Of a stretch of DNA of 64,000 bases, positions 63,301-64,000 are shown piece after piece. A program made the position numbers and the translations under genes. The stretch is taken from positions 1 through 64,000 of the forward strand of contig CAXHJY010000275.1 in NCBI GenBank assembly GCA_964016885.1, in the 5' to 3' direction. Position 1 is the stretch's first letter; every line of letters begins with the position of its first letter. Origin of the DNA: Eledone cirrhosa (Eukaryota). A model generated the notes under the pieces. It did not search any database. It saw only the letters and a program-made list of their open reading frames with translations, and was not told the DNA's origin.

Positions 63301-64000
63301 AGCCACCACAGTATGTATGACAGACTATCTTATATACAATGACAGCCACCACAGTATGTATGACACTAGCGTATATACAATGACAGCCACCACAGTATGT
63401 ATGACAGACTATCTTATATACAATGACAGCCACCACAGTATGTATGACACTAGCTTATATACAATGACAGCTACCACAGTATGTATGACAGACTATCTTA
63501 TATACAATGACAGCCACCACAGTATGTATGACTGACTGACTTATATACAATGACAGCCACCACAGTATGTATGACAGACTGGCTTATATACAATGACAGC
63601 CACCACAGTATGTATGACAGACTGGCTTCTATACAATGACAGCCACCACAGTATGTATGACAGACTATCTTATATACAATGACAGCCACCACAGTATGTA
63701 TGACAGACTATCTTATATACAATGACAGCTACCACAGTATGTATGACAGACTATCTTATATACAATGACAGCCACCACAGTATGTATGACAGACTGGCTT
63801 CTATACAATGACAGCCACCACAGTATGTATGACAGACTATCTTATATACAATGACAGCCACCACAGTATGTATGACAGACTATCTTATATACTATGACAG
63901 ACTATCTTATATACAATGACAGCCACCACAGTATGTATGACAGACTATCTTATATACAATGACAGCCACCACAGTATGTATGACAGACTGGCTTATATAC
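12377..64000. repeat. 43-bp tandem satellite array (~1200 monomers, runs off window end)
   Basis: Consensus ATGACAGCCACCACAGTATGT-ATGACAGACTATCTTATATACA; period 43 measured directly (e.g. 12549 to 12592). Head-to-tail with no interruption seen; recurrent variants (ctggc, ctagc, acaacc, gctacc, 41-bp gacactagc, half-unit deletions). Confidence 0.99.

Noticed and set aside
14183-63692. Cys/His-rich ORFs (CHTYCGGCHC; MTATTVCMTDY) resembling metal-binding proteins
   Set aside because: Translations of the 43-bp satellite. The period is not a multiple of 3 and ORFs appear only where variants remove stops.
12377-64000. CRISPR-like array
   Set aside because: No unique spacers; the two sequences between ATGACAG heads simply alternate. 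Eukaryotic context, no cas genes.

Overview
Eukaryotic (animal) genomic DNA. The AT-richness, (TA)n/(CA)n/(CAT)n microsatellites and RTE-LINE/tRNA-SINE content suggest an invertebrate, possibly a cephalopod (inference only). The first ~12.4 kb is repeat-dense intronic sequence holding three short, phase-compatible + strand exons of an unidentified gene (6222-6324, 8669-8755, 11945-12045). It also contains decayed RTE LINE pieces, a Penelope-like element fragment (GIY-YIG remnant, C-rich tail, hammerhead-ribozyme-like motif), a Helentron/HINE-like element, tRNA-derived SINEs, a mariner-type MITE, a 48-bp SINE-derived minisatellite and several near-perfect hairpins. From ~12377 to the window end (>51 kb, ~1200 copies) lies a single 43-bp tandem array made of two ATGACAG-headed half-units (21+22 bp). 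The array starts ~330 bp after an exon that ends mid-codon, so it is probably intronic. Variant monomers reveal nested higher-order duplications (345 bp, 901 bp, 2465 bp, ~7 kb, 35.7 kb), and a degenerate hammerhead-like motif overlaps the array start. No intact full-length gene or clearly novel protein system is demonstrable; ORFs inside the array are translation artefacts.
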